Counted from the first letter of the stretch, positions 40,830 through 51,043 are shown. The stretch: 64,000 nucleotides of DNA from Nitrospiraceae bacterium (GCA_050246315.1 JBFWWG010000002.1:268811-332810), one strand, 5' to 3'. Notes: generated by a model not told the origin, from the letters alone. A program made the numbers and translations.

Positions 40830-41471
40830 TTAGGTGACTGACCCACAGGGCTGAACTGGTGCCGCCGTTCCCCGTTTGAGCACCCTATTTTCCTCTTCAA
40901 GATCGGCAATGCGGTTCTGGAGCGACGCAACAGTCGCCCTGATGTCTTCCTCGGCAAATCGCCGCTTGATATGTTGCCGGCAATTCATATCCCAGGCTTC
41001 CACTCGGAACCAGACGACCCGCTCTGGGCGTCCAGAGTAGGACGGGTCAGCGAGAGACTTCAGTAGGGCGGGGTCCTTCTCGACGACCTCAGCAGTGCCC
41101 CAGATCTTGATACGTGTTTGCGTGCCGTAATCCATAAGAAATATGAAGGCCTTGTTGTTTTCTGCGAGATTCCCGACGGTGATGTACTGTCGGTTCCCGC
41201 TGAAGTCGGCAAGAGCGAGCGTCCGTTCATCAAGCACCTTGAGAAATCCTCTGGGTCCGCCTCGGTGCTGAATATAGGGCTGTCCGTTGCGACCCGCGGT
41301 CGCAAGATAGAATGAATCGCGCTCCGCAATGAAGTCGGCCAGATCGTCCGTGATCAGGGCTTGCCACCCACCTCGTTGCTCCATGCGGGCGTAATGCTTG
41401 CGCGACCCCATCCGTTCTTGCACGGCTTTGACCGACGGCGTAAAGGCAATGTCGCTGATGGGCGGTGTCAT
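40830..41471 (-). CDS. pyridoxamine 5'-phosphate oxidase-family FMN-binding protein
   Basis: FYLAT...PYIQHRGGPRGF, DFSGNRQY, WDxNC. Confidence 0.9.
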   Translation of the reverse strand: MTPPISDIAFTPSVKAVQERMGSRKHYARMEQRGGWQALITDDLADFIAERDSFYLATAGRNGQPYIQHRGGPRGFLKVLDERTLALADFSGNRQYITVGNLAENNKAFIFLMDYGTQTRIKIWGTAEVVEKDPALLKSLADPSYSGRPERVVWFRVEAWDMNCRQHIKRRFAEEDIRATVASLQNRIADLEEENRVLKRGTAAPVQPCGSVT

Positions 41472-41683
41472 CGTCCCTCCTCCCGGCTAAGAGCCTTTGC
41501 TCCCCTTCGGCTTTGCAGCCAACAGGGAGCTCGGTTTGGTTCATTCCTTTGAGTGAGGGTCCTCCCATTCGTCGAGCACATCAGTTCACGCATCGTGCTC
41601 CGGCAGGGACTGCCGGAGCACGGCGACCCGCCGAGACATCGAGTGTCTGAGGCAACACGAGCCGGCCTCCTGTTCATTCTGAC

Positions 41684-42706
41684 TCACTGCACGGACACCA
41701 CTCGTTTATCGAAGAACCGGCGGATGTGGTCCGCGATCACGTCTCCATCTTCCTCCAACGCGAAGTGTCCCGTGTCCAACAGATGGAAGTCGAGGTTCTT
41801 CAGATCCCGCTTATAGGGATGCGCGCCGTCCGCCGGAAAGATCTCATCGTTCTCTCCCCACACGAGCAGCGTCGGGGGCTGATGGTCGCGCAGGTACGCT
41901 TGCCACATAGGATAGAGCGGCGGGTTAGAACCGTAGCTGTAGAACAATTGCAGTTGAATCTCGTCGTTGCCCGGACGATCCAGCAAGTACTGATCTACGA
42001 GCCAGTTATCGGGACTGATCGACTGCACGTTGCGCACCCCGTGGGTGTATTGCCGTTTGGTGGCGCCAATATTGAGGAAGCCCTTCAACGGCTCGGCATT
42101 CGACGCAGTCCGCTGTTTCCAATACGTGCGGAACGGCTTCCAGAACTCTGTGAGTCCTTCTTCATAGGCATTGCCGTTCTGCACGATAAGGGACTCGACT
42201 CGTTCGGGATGGGCGACGGCGAGCCGGAATCCTATCGGCGCCCCGTAATCCATCAAGTAGAGGCTGTACTTCGTGAGCCCGACCGTCTCCGTGAAGTGAT
42301 CGATGATCCTCGCGAGGTTCTCGAAGCTGTAGTCAAATTCATCCACCGTTGGCATGGAGCTGTTGCCATATCCCGGGTAGTCCGGAGCAACCAGGTGAAA
42401 TCGGTCCGACAGAGCGGGAATCAAGTTACGAAACATGTGAGACGAGGTCGGGAATCCGTGGAGCAGCAGAATCGTCGGCGCATCCTCAGGACCTGCCTCA
42501 CGATAGAAGATGTCGAGCCCGTCGACTTTAACGGTTTTGTGGAACGTGGGGTAAGCGGCCTTCACCGAACTTCCTTGGCCCAGAGGCGGTTCTGACTGTG
42601 TAGGTTTCGAGGCGACGGTTCCAACCATGATGGTGGCAATCAGACTAAACGGCACGACGGCCATGATGGGAAGGATCAATTTCAAGATGCGCGTGAGATC
42701 TTTCAT
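41684..42706 (-). CDS. alpha/beta hydrolase (epoxide hydrolase/dehalogenase type) with N-terminal signal or TM
   Basis: HGFP, DYGAP nucleophile elbow, QNGN, TGHFALE. Confidence 0.9.
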   Translation of the reverse strand: MKDLTRILKLILPIMAVVPFSLIATIMVGTVASKPTQSEPPLGQGSSVKAAYPTFHKTVKVDGLDIFYREAGPEDAPTILLLHGFPTSSHMFRNLIPALSDRFHLVAPDYPGYGNSSMPTVDEFDYSFENLARIIDHFTETVGLTKYSLYLMDYGAPIGFRLAVAHPERVESLIVQNGNAYEEGLTEFWKPFRTYWKQRTASNAEPLKGFLNIGATKRQYTHGVRNVQSISPDNWLVDQYLLDRPGNDEIQLQLFYSYGSNPPLYPMWQAYLRDHQPPTLLVWGENDEIFPADGAHPYKRDLKNLDFHLLDTGHFALEEDGDVIADHIRRFFDKRVVSVQ

Positions 42707-42743
42707 GCTGGGGCCCTCCGTTCGGTTAGAGTCGTGGGTTGCT

Positions 42744-43871
42744 CTATTCGGCCCAGGGCAGCAGCACGAAGTTGCCTTTCACTTGATTGGTGGCGATGAG
42801 GCGGTGGGCGTCGGTCGCCTGACTGAGCGGAAACGTCCGATCCAGGGCCGGCTTGATCCGCCCGAGCCTAACCTGCTCCAGTCCCCATCTCAGATCTTCA
42901 GGGTCGGCGAATATGGTGCCCCGCATCTGTTTCTGCGTGAAAAAGAACTCCCGCACGTCAAACCTTCCCTCAACACCGCCCATAAAGCCATAGACCACGA
43001 TGGTCCCTAAGGGACGAACGGCTTCGACAGTCTGGGCTAGGTCGCCCCCACCCACGTTGTCAATGGCCACATCAGCGCCTCGTCCTCCGGTCCAATCCTT
43101 CACTCGTTCGACCACGTCTTCTGTTTTCGTGTTGATCACCAGGTCGGCTCCCTGTGCCTTCACGAATTCGCCTTTGTCATCGCTCCGAACCGTTGCGGCC
43201 ACCTTGGCGCCCAACGCTTTGGCAACTTGGATATGCATGTGGCCCGAACCGGACGCCCCCGCCGTGACGAGGACCGTGTCGCCTGCTTTGACTTCGCCGA
43301 CTTGCTTGACGGCACGAACGGAGGTTCCCAACACAACTGGGAGCGTGGCGACTTCGGCCGGAGCCAGTTGCGTCTCGTCCTTCAACACCCATCGAGCCGG
43401 GACCTCCATGTACTGAGCATAGGACCCCCAGACATGCACTCCTGGCACGACAAAGCTGGGGGAGGTGGCGAGGGGCCGATTGGAATCGTCTTCTTCCCGG
43501 AGCGTAAAACCCGCGGCGGGGATGACGCGCTCACCGATTCGCACGCCTGTCACTCCATCACCCAACCCAACAACTTCCCCGACCGCATCAACCCCTAAAA
43601 TGTGCGGGAGTGGGAGATTCGGCATGACCGACCCCTCACGCAGGTAATGATCCAATCGATTCATCCCGGCAGCCAACACCTTGATGAGCACGTAGCCTGG
43701 CTTGGGGCTTGGCGTAGGAATCTCTTCATAACTCAGGACCTCGGGCCCACCGAATCTCCGAAGCATCACGGCTTTCATGCTTTTCGCCGGTCGGCTCCGA
43801 TCGGCATGTTCAGTAGCAGTGATATCCAACGTGAGGATGCTCATGGTCATGCTCCTTTCCCGTCGTTCCAA
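42744..43871 (-). CDS. MDR-family zinc-binding dehydrogenase / quinone oxidoreductase
   Basis: MKAV...GGPEVL, PHILG, GASGSG; start codon uncertain. Confidence 0.9.
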   Translation of the reverse strand: MERRERSMTMSILTLDITATEHADRSRPAKSMKAVMLRRFGGPEVLSYEEIPTPSPKPGYVLIKVLAAGMNRLDHYLREGSVMPNLPLPHILGVDAVGEVVGLGDGVTGVRIGERVIPAAGFTLREEDDSNRPLATSPSFVVPGVHVWGSYAQYMEVPARWVLKDETQLAPAEVATLPVVLGTSVRAVKQVGEVKAGDTVLVTAGASGSGHMHIQVAKALGAKVAATVRSDDKGEFVKAQGADLVINTKTEDVVERVKDWTGGRGADVAIDNVGGGDLAQTVEAVRPLGTIVVYGFMGGVEGRFDVREFFFTQKQMRGTIFADPEDLRWGLEQVRLGRIKPALDRTFPLSQATDAHRLIATNQVKGNFVLLPWAE

Positions 43872-43904
43872 AGTGGCTAAGGCGCCCCTGGAGGTAAACT
43901 TCCG

Positions 43905-44273
43905 TTAGGGGTTGTGATAGAAGCGCTCGTGGACGATTTTGCCATCTTGCCATTTCGCGACGACCGCCTGCTCGATACGAACAGGGGTGCCGTCCTTGGC
44001 AACCCAGTCCATCACCACTTCGTAGAACGTCACGTTGTCGCCCGCGCCCTGAGCGGTGACTTCGAACCCTCGCCAGTCCTTCACGGTGCTGAGAAACTGT
44101 CGTTCACGTTCGAGGTTGGCCTGCCGTCCTCTCGTGGGCGGCGCGCTGTTCTCCTGCATCACCACATCTTCGGCATAGAACTCATTGATCGCGTCAAGGA
44201 TGCGCCCGGCTCGGATATAGGCGAAGAGTTCAGGGAGCCTGTGATGGGGGGTGACTACCGTTCCTGCAGTCAT
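43905..44273 (-). CDS. SnoaL-like (NTF2) protein
   Basis: FYAEDVVMQEN...W.DGKIVHERFY; AAAGGAG RBS. Confidence 0.85.
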   Translation of the reverse strand: MTAGTVVTPHHRLPELFAYIRAGRILDAINEFYAEDVVMQENSAPPTRGRQANLERERQFLSTVKDWRGFEVTAQGAGDNVTFYEVVMDWVAKDGTPVRIEQAVVAKWQDGKIVHERFYHNP

Positions 44274-44346
44274 GGCATTTCTCCTTTCAGGTTGCGGATC
44301 AACAGTATGGCTGCCAAGCGCTTCTTGGCGGCGATATCTCCGCTCT

Positions 44347-44482
44347 CACAAGATGTGTGCCGGAGTCGCCGATACAGGAATCTTGAAGAATGTTGGAGGT
44401 TTCGAACGAGAGAGCTAAAACGCCGCCACAACGATAGTTCGTTGCCAACGAAGCCTCGTTGGTCCACGATGAGGAATCGCCC
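44347..44482 (-). promoter_or_regulatory. sigma54-type promoter 1 with three upstream CGA-N4-TCG boxes
   Basis: CGGCACACATCTTGT (44348-62, minus strand); boxes at 44429-44, 44446-61, 44467-82. Confidence 0.65.
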
Positions 44483-44612
44483 TCAACCTGAATAAACAGT
44501 TTCAGTGAAGACCAGCCTGAGGCTTCTCGGACCTCAACGGCTTCTCAGACCTGGGAGCTATCCGAGCGGGAGCCCCAGGGACAGGGCTCTCGACCGCATG
44601 ATGAGCCTTGCC

Positions 44613-45536
44613 CTATGGGCCTGCAAAGGGACCGCGAGTAGTGGGAATGGAGGTATCGAGTGGTGGCCCCAAAAGCGTCTGGTTGAATCCCAGATACAAT
44701 CGATACAGCCCATCTCCCCGTTTCCATTCCTGAGCTGAGCTATCGACAATGAGATAGTAGGTCCCCGGGGCCAACTCAGAGGGAAACAATGCTGTGACCC
44801 CCGCTCGCAGGACATATCCTTGCTGCAATTGAGTTCCATCCGAGGAGAGAAGATAGAGGGCCGGCTGCCAGGCAGATTGGACCAAGCCGACGACTCCCGA
44901 CCACATGGCCCGGTTGGCGGCCACAGCCGCTTCAATTCTGCTACATTCCGTGAGGACGAAGCGGTACATTTGATCCGGGCCGTTCAACCCGTCGGGATGG
45001 CCGTAGTTATCTTTCGCCTGCGCCAATGTCGCCGTTAGCACGACACTGTCCGTGATCCGGTCCGCATGGGCCAGGTCTTCCCCACCGCGGAATTCTGCAC
45101 CAGTCAAGGGTCTGGTCCCACACGTCGCCCAGGTCACGGGACGATCATGTCGGCTAGCAACTGAAGAACAGCCTCCCTCATCGGGACAAGCCATGGTGTC
45201 ACGGTTAGACAGTGGCTGGCGTTCGTATCCGTACCGTGGAGAAACTGGAGCCACGACGTGAGGCAAGGAAGGACGGTCATGGTCCCGCTCTTCTTCTATC
45301 TCCAGCACATTTGCTCCCGCCAGCAGGCAATTCACGAGGGCCGTGAACTCCGCTTCCCCTTCTAAACGGTTCCATGAGCACTGTGCAGATCCCCCCACAC
45401 AGGGGGTCATCGATCGATATTCGACAACATGCACAAACGGCTTGGGCCTGATCTCGCAACCCAGGATCGCGAGACAGCCAAGAAGTACTCCGGCCGAGAC
45501 CACTTTTGAACTGAACACGTTCAGCCCCTTGATCAC
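44613..45536 (-). CDS. Cys-rich lipoprotein with PPC-like C-terminal domain
   Basis: Lipobox ILGC; GPD..Y.F...PGTYYLIVDS...G.Y.L pattern; GTGA overlap with the upstream gene. Confidence 0.65.
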   Translation of the reverse strand: MIKGLNVFSSKVVSAGVLLGCLAILGCEIRPKPFVHVVEYRSMTPCVGGSAQCSWNRLEGEAEFTALVNCLLAGANVLEIEEERDHDRPSLPHVVAPVSPRYGYERQPLSNRDTMACPDEGGCSSVASRHDRPVTWATCGTRPLTGAEFRGGEDLAHADRITDSVVLTATLAQAKDNYGHPDGLNGPDQMYRFVLTECSRIEAAVAANRAMWSGVVGLVQSAWQPALYLLSSDGTQLQQGYVLRAGVTALFPSELAPGTYYLIVDSSAQEWKRGDGLYRLYLGFNQTLLGPPLDTSIPTTRGPFAGP

Positions 45537-47293
45537 GTTTCCCGATCAAGCCCGACGAGATGAAACCGCCCGGTCATAGGATCGAATCCGAGATAGACGA
45601 TCATCCGCGGACTCCATTGCTTCCCACCGTCGTAACTGGTCTGGATATGCAGGGTTGTGACAGGAACATCTGTCGAGAGTTCCTGTTGGTCTGCCATGTG
45701 AATTGTTCTAGGAATCGTGATCCTCGACTGTGTCACGATTTGTTGTGGAATCACTTCCGAATCGACACCGAATCTCACACGCCGCTTCAGGGTATAGCGA
45801 TAGGTTGCAGTAGGGCCCGGGGCATAACCCCGTGACAGCGCCAGGTTCTCGAAGATCAGGAATGGCTCTCGCCCGTCAAGTTCCACCAGCCGAAAATGAT
45901 CGAGGGGATTGACGACCTTGAAATAATAGCGACCGATTTTGTCGCGACGCGCTTTCAAGACCGCCGCCACGTACCGTCCTGCTCGCGGATCAGTGAACCC
46001 GCCGGTATGCACGATCGTGTCGATGTCATCATCGGTGAACGAAGTGACGATCTTGGCTCCCCAATAGGCGTCTCGCAGCGTGGTCCGGAGAAATGCCGGA
46101 TTCGGGTACGTTGGGCGCCATCGCTCCGGATCGAAATAGTCCGCCTCAAAGTACCCGACGGCCGGGAACTCCATGCGGAGAGGAACCTCCCATGGCTTCA
46201 CGTAAAACCCTGCCTCTATCATCGACCGGCCGACGGTTCCGAAGTCGAGAAAATACTCGTTCCCAAATCGAGAGAGTTGCGGATCAGCATTATCCGCTCC
46301 CAACGTCGAGGAGAAGTCGATGAGGTAATGCGACAGATACTTCGCTTCGGGATCGTACATGTCGAGCGCGTTGGCCGCCTTGGTGTCGGTATGGTTCAGA
46401 AAGGCCGCTAGAATCCGAAGTCCTCGCAATTCACGCCTGTTTTCATGACGGATGCGGTCGTTCGGATCGTCAGACCGTTGCCCGACATAGAGAAACGGAC
46501 CTTTGGGAATTCCAGGCAGGAACTTGCTGGCCATTGCCCGAATCGTTCCATCGGGCCGATGGGGGACGCGCTCTAAAATGGCTTTGATGTCATCATCGGT
46601 CATGGGCCGTGGGACATGGTATCGGCCACGGAACTTGGCCGTTGGGCCGACCACGATTCGGCCGGGATCGACGTCGACAAGATAATGTTCCGGGACATGG
46701 TATCCGGCCGCGTACAGGAAGCGCGAAGAGATCATTTCCGATGCGGTCGTCATTTCAGGGTGTAACGGCGGGTCGAATTTCAAGAGATACACGTCGTTCT
46801 TTTCATCGCGAATGACGAAGCCCGGCGTGGAGCCCAGACTTTGTTTCGCGCTGATCGCCGTCCAGACCCCTCTGGGACTCGGCCCTTGCCCGATCCCTGC
46901 GCCACGAGACAAGTCGGCTTGCGAGAGTCGTGCAACGGCGTGGCGGTTTGTGAACCAGGTGGAATCGGGAACCTCGTCGAAGGTGTTCACGTTCTGAGCC
47001 TCCACCGGACCGGCGAGGCCGACCCATGTTCCAACCGTTCGGACAGAACGACCGAGGTTGAAGAGTTGCCCAATGCGGTAGAAGATCATCTTGTCGGTGC
47101 CATCCCAGAGAGCCCACTGGCCATCCATTTCCTCCTGCGGTTCAGGAATAGGTCTTCGGTCGTCTACTCGCTGGAAGTGAGGCCGTTCCAGAGCCGGCGC
47201 ACTGTAGCAACCAGCCGTCGCCGTGAGGAGAAGCGCCCAAACTGTCAGCACGCGTGAGTGTCGGATTACCCTGGCGGATGGTCGTATGTTCAT
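45533..47293 (-). CDS. putative lipoprotein kinase (HipA/PI4K-like atypical kinase fold)
   Basis: Lipobox TAGC29; LGSTPG loop, K172, E186, H301TDTKAAN308, ID326F. Confidence 0.7.
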   Translation of the reverse strand: MNIRPSARVIRHSRVLTVWALLLTATAGCYSAPALERPHFQRVDDRRPIPEPQEEMDGQWALWDGTDKMIFYRIGQLFNLGRSVRTVGTWVGLAGPVEAQNVNTFDEVPDSTWFTNRHAVARLSQADLSRGAGIGQGPSPRGVWTAISAKQSLGSTPGFVIRDEKNDVYLLKFDPPLHPEMTTASEMISSRFLYAAGYHVPEHYLVDVDPGRIVVGPTAKFRGRYHVPRPMTDDDIKAILERVPHRPDGTIRAMASKFLPGIPKGPFLYVGQRSDDPNDRIRHENRRELRGLRILAAFLNHTDTKAANALDMYDPEAKYLSHYLIDFSSTLGADNADPQLSRFGNEYFLDFGTVGRSMIEAGFYVKPWEVPLRMEFPAVGYFEADYFDPERWRPTYPNPAFLRTTLRDAYWGAKIVTSFTDDDIDTIVHTGGFTDPRAGRYVAAVLKARRDKIGRYYFKVVNPLDHFRLVELDGREPFLIFENLALSRGYAPGPTATYRYTLKRRVRFGVDSEVIPQQIVTQSRITIPRTIHMADQQELSTDVPVTTLHIQTSYDGGKQWSPRMIVYLGFDPMTGRFHLVGLDRET

Positions 47294-47305
47294 GGGAGCA
47301 CCTGA

Positions 47306-48682
47306 TCAAAAACCCAGCGTGGCGGCTCGTCGCCTGATGAAATCCAGGTCTCCTCGGATCAGGGTCAAGACCCCGTCCTCGCTCCCCGCCACTTGAATCC
47401 GGAAGCTGAACTTCCTGTTGGAGACGAAACGCAATCCTGCCCCGGCGGAGTACCGGAATTGTTTCAGCCCGATGTCTCTGTAGTTGTTGAACACCTGCCC
47501 TTCGTCGAGAAAGATATCCCCTTCGACATCCTGCCAGACGGGAAAGCGCCATTCGGCGTTGAAGAGCAGGGCGCCTTCATCTTGCCACCGCCCGCGGTCG
47601 AAACCGCGCAAACCGTTGTTGAGATCCAAAAGGTTCAGCTCGTAAAAGGGGATCGACCCGTTACCCAGGCTGTCCTGTTTCGCGAGATACCCCCTCAGCA
47701 GAAGCACTCGGTTGCCATGGAAGACAGGGATGTACCGTTGGACCTCCAAGCGGTAGCCGATGTAGCGAAACTGATCGCGATTCACCTGGTCGGTGTAGGT
47801 GAACGATCCCTCTGCGAACCAGCCCATGGTCGGCCGGAAGGGATTGTCCCGTGAGTCGTACCGAAGGCTGGGTTCGATGGCTAACGCTGTCATGGAACTG
47901 TTGTTGCCTGCGACGGTCGCCGGCGTGGCCGGCAGCCGGCTGGATGGTTTGGCATCGGCGATCAACAGCCGTCCGGTGAGCGCTGCACTGAGATCACCAG
48001 CCAGCCGACGACCCAGTGTGGTATCCCAGGCCAGTTCTTTCAGCTCGAAATTCGTCTCGTCCTGCTCCCGCGCCCGATTCCCACCGGGATAGAAATGGCT
48101 TTCGTCGAAATTCAACCAGAACGTGTTCGTCTCAAAAGACCAGGCAGAACCGAGGAGGGACGGGTCGCGAAAAGATAGCTCGCCGACTTGATTGTCCCGG
48201 GTTGCCACGAGGTAGGACAGCCGCGCTTCTTTGCCCTTTCTGAAGACATTGTTGTTGAACGCGGTGAACCCAATCCCGCTGCTGAGGGTGCCGCCTACCG
48301 ATAATCTTGGATAGATTCCTGCAGTGCGCTCGTCGTTCAGAAAGACATCCAAGGCGCGATTGAGCAGATCGTGCCGCTCGTACACGATCGCGAGCTGCTT
48401 GAATGGATACGTGAACCCCGCCCAGGCATATTCCGGCACCGCCAGCAGCCGGTTGGCCCATGTATTTTCTTCATCCTCCGGCGGCTGGCTCGTGGGCCGG
48501 TCGTCGCGCGGTGGCGTGGGTTCTTCCCGCGGCGATTCGGCGGACGCGGCTTGGCGAGGGGCTTCCGGTGGTGGGACGACAGGGGGCTGCTTGGTCGCAC
48601 AGGCCATCTGGAGAAGCAGCGTGAGGACCAATAGAGTCCAAACGAGCAGGCAGGTGACGGAGCGTGTCGCACCAACCGTCAT
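47306..48682 (-). CDS. Omp85 (BamA/TamA-family) barrel protein, predicted lipoprotein
   Basis: YDSRDN, LRGF loop-6 motif, AEWRFP, GAGLRF; QMAC lipobox-like site. Confidence 0.85.
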   Translation of the reverse strand: MTVGATRSVTCLLVWTLLVLTLLLQMACATKQPPVVPPPEAPRQAASAESPREEPTPPRDDRPTSQPPEDEENTWANRLLAVPEYAWAGFTYPFKQLAIVYERHDLLNRALDVFLNDERTAGIYPRLSVGGTLSSGIGFTAFNNNVFRKGKEARLSYLVATRDNQVGELSFRDPSLLGSAWSFETNTFWLNFDESHFYPGGNRAREQDETNFELKELAWDTTLGRRLAGDLSAALTGRLLIADAKPSSRLPATPATVAGNNSSMTALAIEPSLRYDSRDNPFRPTMGWFAEGSFTYTDQVNRDQFRYIGYRLEVQRYIPVFHGNRVLLLRGYLAKQDSLGNGSIPFYELNLLDLNNGLRGFDRGRWQDEGALLFNAEWRFPVWQDVEGDIFLDEGQVFNNYRDIGLKQFRYSAGAGLRFVSNRKFSFRIQVAGSEDGVLTLIRGDLDFIRRRAATLGF

Positions 48683-48737
48683 GGCGTTGGACTTTCCTTC
48701 TACTCGCCGGCTTCCCTAAGAACTGCCGGGCTTCGAC

Positions 48738-49733
48738 TCAAAACCGATATTCGACGGTGAGGCCCAATCCTCCCCGTGCGTCCGGCACAAAAGGCAGGAC
48801 GCTCCAGCCGCGGAGTGCGTCCGGATGCTGATGCCGCCAGCTCAGGGCCTTCCCGATGGCGAAGCCGAGTGCCGCGCCGGCAAAGACATCGGAGGCGAAA
48901 TGCTCGTTCAGATAAATCCGCGACAGGGAAATTAACGCCGCGCCGGTGTAGACGAGGAAGGGGATCGGTTGCGGGTACGCGTCTGCGAAGACCGCGGCGA
49001 CGGCAAAGGTGCGGGCTGCATGGCTCGACGGGAACGACTTGTCGAATCCCTCGAACGGGTCGTACGATTGTGTGCCTTCCCCCGCATCTGGCCGGGCCCG
49101 GCCCACGGCAAACTTGGTCAGGCCGACCAAGGGTTCGGTGAACAGTTGCGCTTCTAGACTGACCAGGGCCGTCCGCGTGAGTTTGTTCCCCGCTTCGTGT
49201 TCTCGCAAGAGCCACCCCGCGCCGATCAAGCCGACATTTGCCATCAACACGTTCCTCCCGAATCCGATCTCCTCCAAGGTGTCCGCGATCTCGTCGTTCG
49301 TGTCGGTGCGATTCTCTTGAAAGGCCCGTTGAATCGATTTGTCTACAACCATCAATCCACCGATCGTGAGTCCGACTCCCCCGGCAACGAGGGCACTTTT
49401 CCGGTCCATTCTCAGAGGCGAAGTGATTACATATTCGATATCGTTCAGGACCTCCTGCCCAACTGAATGCAACGTTGCGAACGCTTCGCCCCCACTCACC
49501 CGTTCCGGTGTCGGTCGCGGCCCGATCAGTTCCTCCCCTCGATGCTCTCTCCTCGGACTCGAGTCACCCGCCTCCTGCCCTCCGGCAGTGGTACAGCACA
49601 GCCAAGAGAACGACACCACCAGCAGCAGGACGACAACTGCGCCTTGCCTTGCCATAGTTACCCATGCCATCCCCGAAATGAGACACACGCTCGTGGGTCT
49701 CGGGACCACGCGCCGATGCGAACACCGAATCAA
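48738..49733 (-). CDS. PAP2-family phosphatase
   Basis: K(x6)RP, PSSH, SR(x5)H(x3)D; start codon uncertain. Confidence 0.85.
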   Translation of the reverse strand: MIRCSHRRVVPRPTSVCLISGMAWVTMARQGAVVVLLLVVSFSWLCCTTAGGQEAGDSSPRREHRGEELIGPRPTPERVSGGEAFATLHSVGQEVLNDIEYVITSPLRMDRKSALVAGGVGLTIGGLMVVDKSIQRAFQENRTDTNDEIADTLEEIGFGRNVLMANVGLIGAGWLLREHEAGNKLTRTALVSLEAQLFTEPLVGLTKFAVGRARPDAGEGTQSYDPFEGFDKSFPSSHAARTFAVAAVFADAYPQPIPFLVYTGAALISLSRIYLNEHFASDVFAGAALGFAIGKALSWRHQHPDALRGWSVLPFVPDARGGLGLTVEYRF

Positions 49734-49854
49734 TCAGCGATGGCCTGGCGAAGAGACCATGATGATGCTTCGTCGCCGAGAGGACTTGGCCAGGCAAGCT
49801 CCGGGTATCCTCCCCGAGTGCGTCAGAAAGATCTTGCGGTTCACGATTCGCCAT

Positions 49855-50103
49855 TCAGGTTTTCTTCCTGTGCCATCGGGTGATCAGACATCGTTCATAC
49901 TCCCTCGGATTCCGGAAACGATGCGTGACAGGATTCTGGCGCGCTCCCCAGGATGCGACACCAGTTTCTTCGATCAACACCCCGGTCGTCCGTGGATCCA
50001 GATGGAGGACTTCCTTGACCATAGCCGTTGACCGCGCGACCAAGGCATTCTTCTGCTCCTGCGTGACAGATCCGTCTGTGAGCTGGATGGTAACGATCAA
50101 CAT
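49855..50103 (-). CDS. 4-oxalocrotonate tautomerase-like protein lacking Pro1
   Basis: VTxEQKxxLV...VLIEE...WG; begins ML instead of MP; AGGAGG RBS. Confidence 0.65.
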   Translation of the reverse strand: MLIVTIQLTDGSVTQEQKNALVARSTAMVKEVLHLDPRTTGVLIEETGVASWGARQNPVTHRFRNPREYERCLITRWHRKKT

Positions 50104-50113
50104 GAGGACCCTC

Positions 50114-50479
50114 CTACTGTGACGATGTTGAATTCGCCGAAGCCGCCACAAGCCCTTTCATGTGGGGGTGAAACTCACAGAAGTACGGATACGTTCCGCC
50201 TTCTTCGATGATCAGCTCCCACGACTCTCCTTCCGCGAGCGTTTTCGGTGCCCACAAGCCCTGCTCCGCCGTGACGGTGTGGGGAACAATGTCGCGATTC
50301 ACCCATCGGATCGTATCGCCGGGAGCCACGACCGCCTGTTGAGGCATGAAACTGAACGCGTGAATTTCGATCAGATGCCGACCGGAGCGGGAGGCCATGC
50401 CCTGCTCCGAGGCAGCGCCGGCCTCCCCGATGGCAACCAAGCTCAGGACCGCGAGAACGATCACTCGAGACATGGTCAC
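50114..50479 (-). CDS. plastocyanin/amicyanin-like cupredoxin
   Basis: Signal peptide; PHTV and CEFHPHM type-1 Cu ligands. Confidence 0.9.
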   Translation of the reverse strand: MTMSRVIVLAVLSLVAIGEAGAASEQGMASRSGRHLIEIHAFSFMPQQAVVAPGDTIRWVNRDIVPHTVTAEQGLWAPKTLAEGESWELIIEEGGTYPYFCEFHPHMKGLVAASANSTSSQ

Positions 50480-50491
50480 ATCCTTCCCCGA

Positions 50492-51043
50492 TTACATGAC
50501 CTTCTGATTCATCGACGACGCATGACCTTCGTGCACCTTGAAGGTTTGGAGCGCCGACGTGAGGAGCGCCTTCAGCTCGGCATTCTTCGCATTGGGAATG
50601 AAGGCGTTCTCGACCGTGTTGTTCACGAACTTGTGGTATTCGAGTTCGTTGGCCGCGTAGCGCTTGTCGAACGCCTCGCCGCGGAGCTGGGAAAGTTCGT
50701 TTCGAATCTCACCCGCCCGCTTCGACAACTGCTGACTCGTCGGGTTGTCCTGCGGCGTAATCTGGAGCTTGTTGACCAAGGCGAGAGCCTTGTTGTTCAC
50801 CGCCGTATGGTCACGGACCATCAGTTCCGCAAATTGCCGGACCTGCGGGTTTTCTGAAATCGCCAAGGCCAGGTGGGCGTAGCGAATGTCGATGTTGCCC
50901 GCCGTGTAGGCGATGTGGGCGATCTCCAGATCGTTCGGCGCCTTGTCCGGCTCTGCCGTCGCCGGGTTGCTGGCCGTCACACAGCCCACCAGCACGGCGC
51001 TCGCCAGAGTGAGACAGCCTAAAGACTTCGTGATCGTTCTCAT
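50492..51043 (-). CDS. DUF4142 (ferritin-like) lipoprotein
   Basis: Lipobox LVGC; VRQFAELMVRDH, FDxxY..NE..YH. Confidence 0.85.
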   Translation of the reverse strand: MRTITKSLGCLTLASAVLVGCVTASNPATAEPDKAPNDLEIAHIAYTAGNIDIRYAHLALAISENPQVRQFAELMVRDHTAVNNKALALVNKLQITPQDNPTSQQLSKRAGEIRNELSQLRGEAFDKRYAANELEYHKFVNNTVENAFIPNAKNAELKALLTSALQTFKVHEGHASSMNQKVM

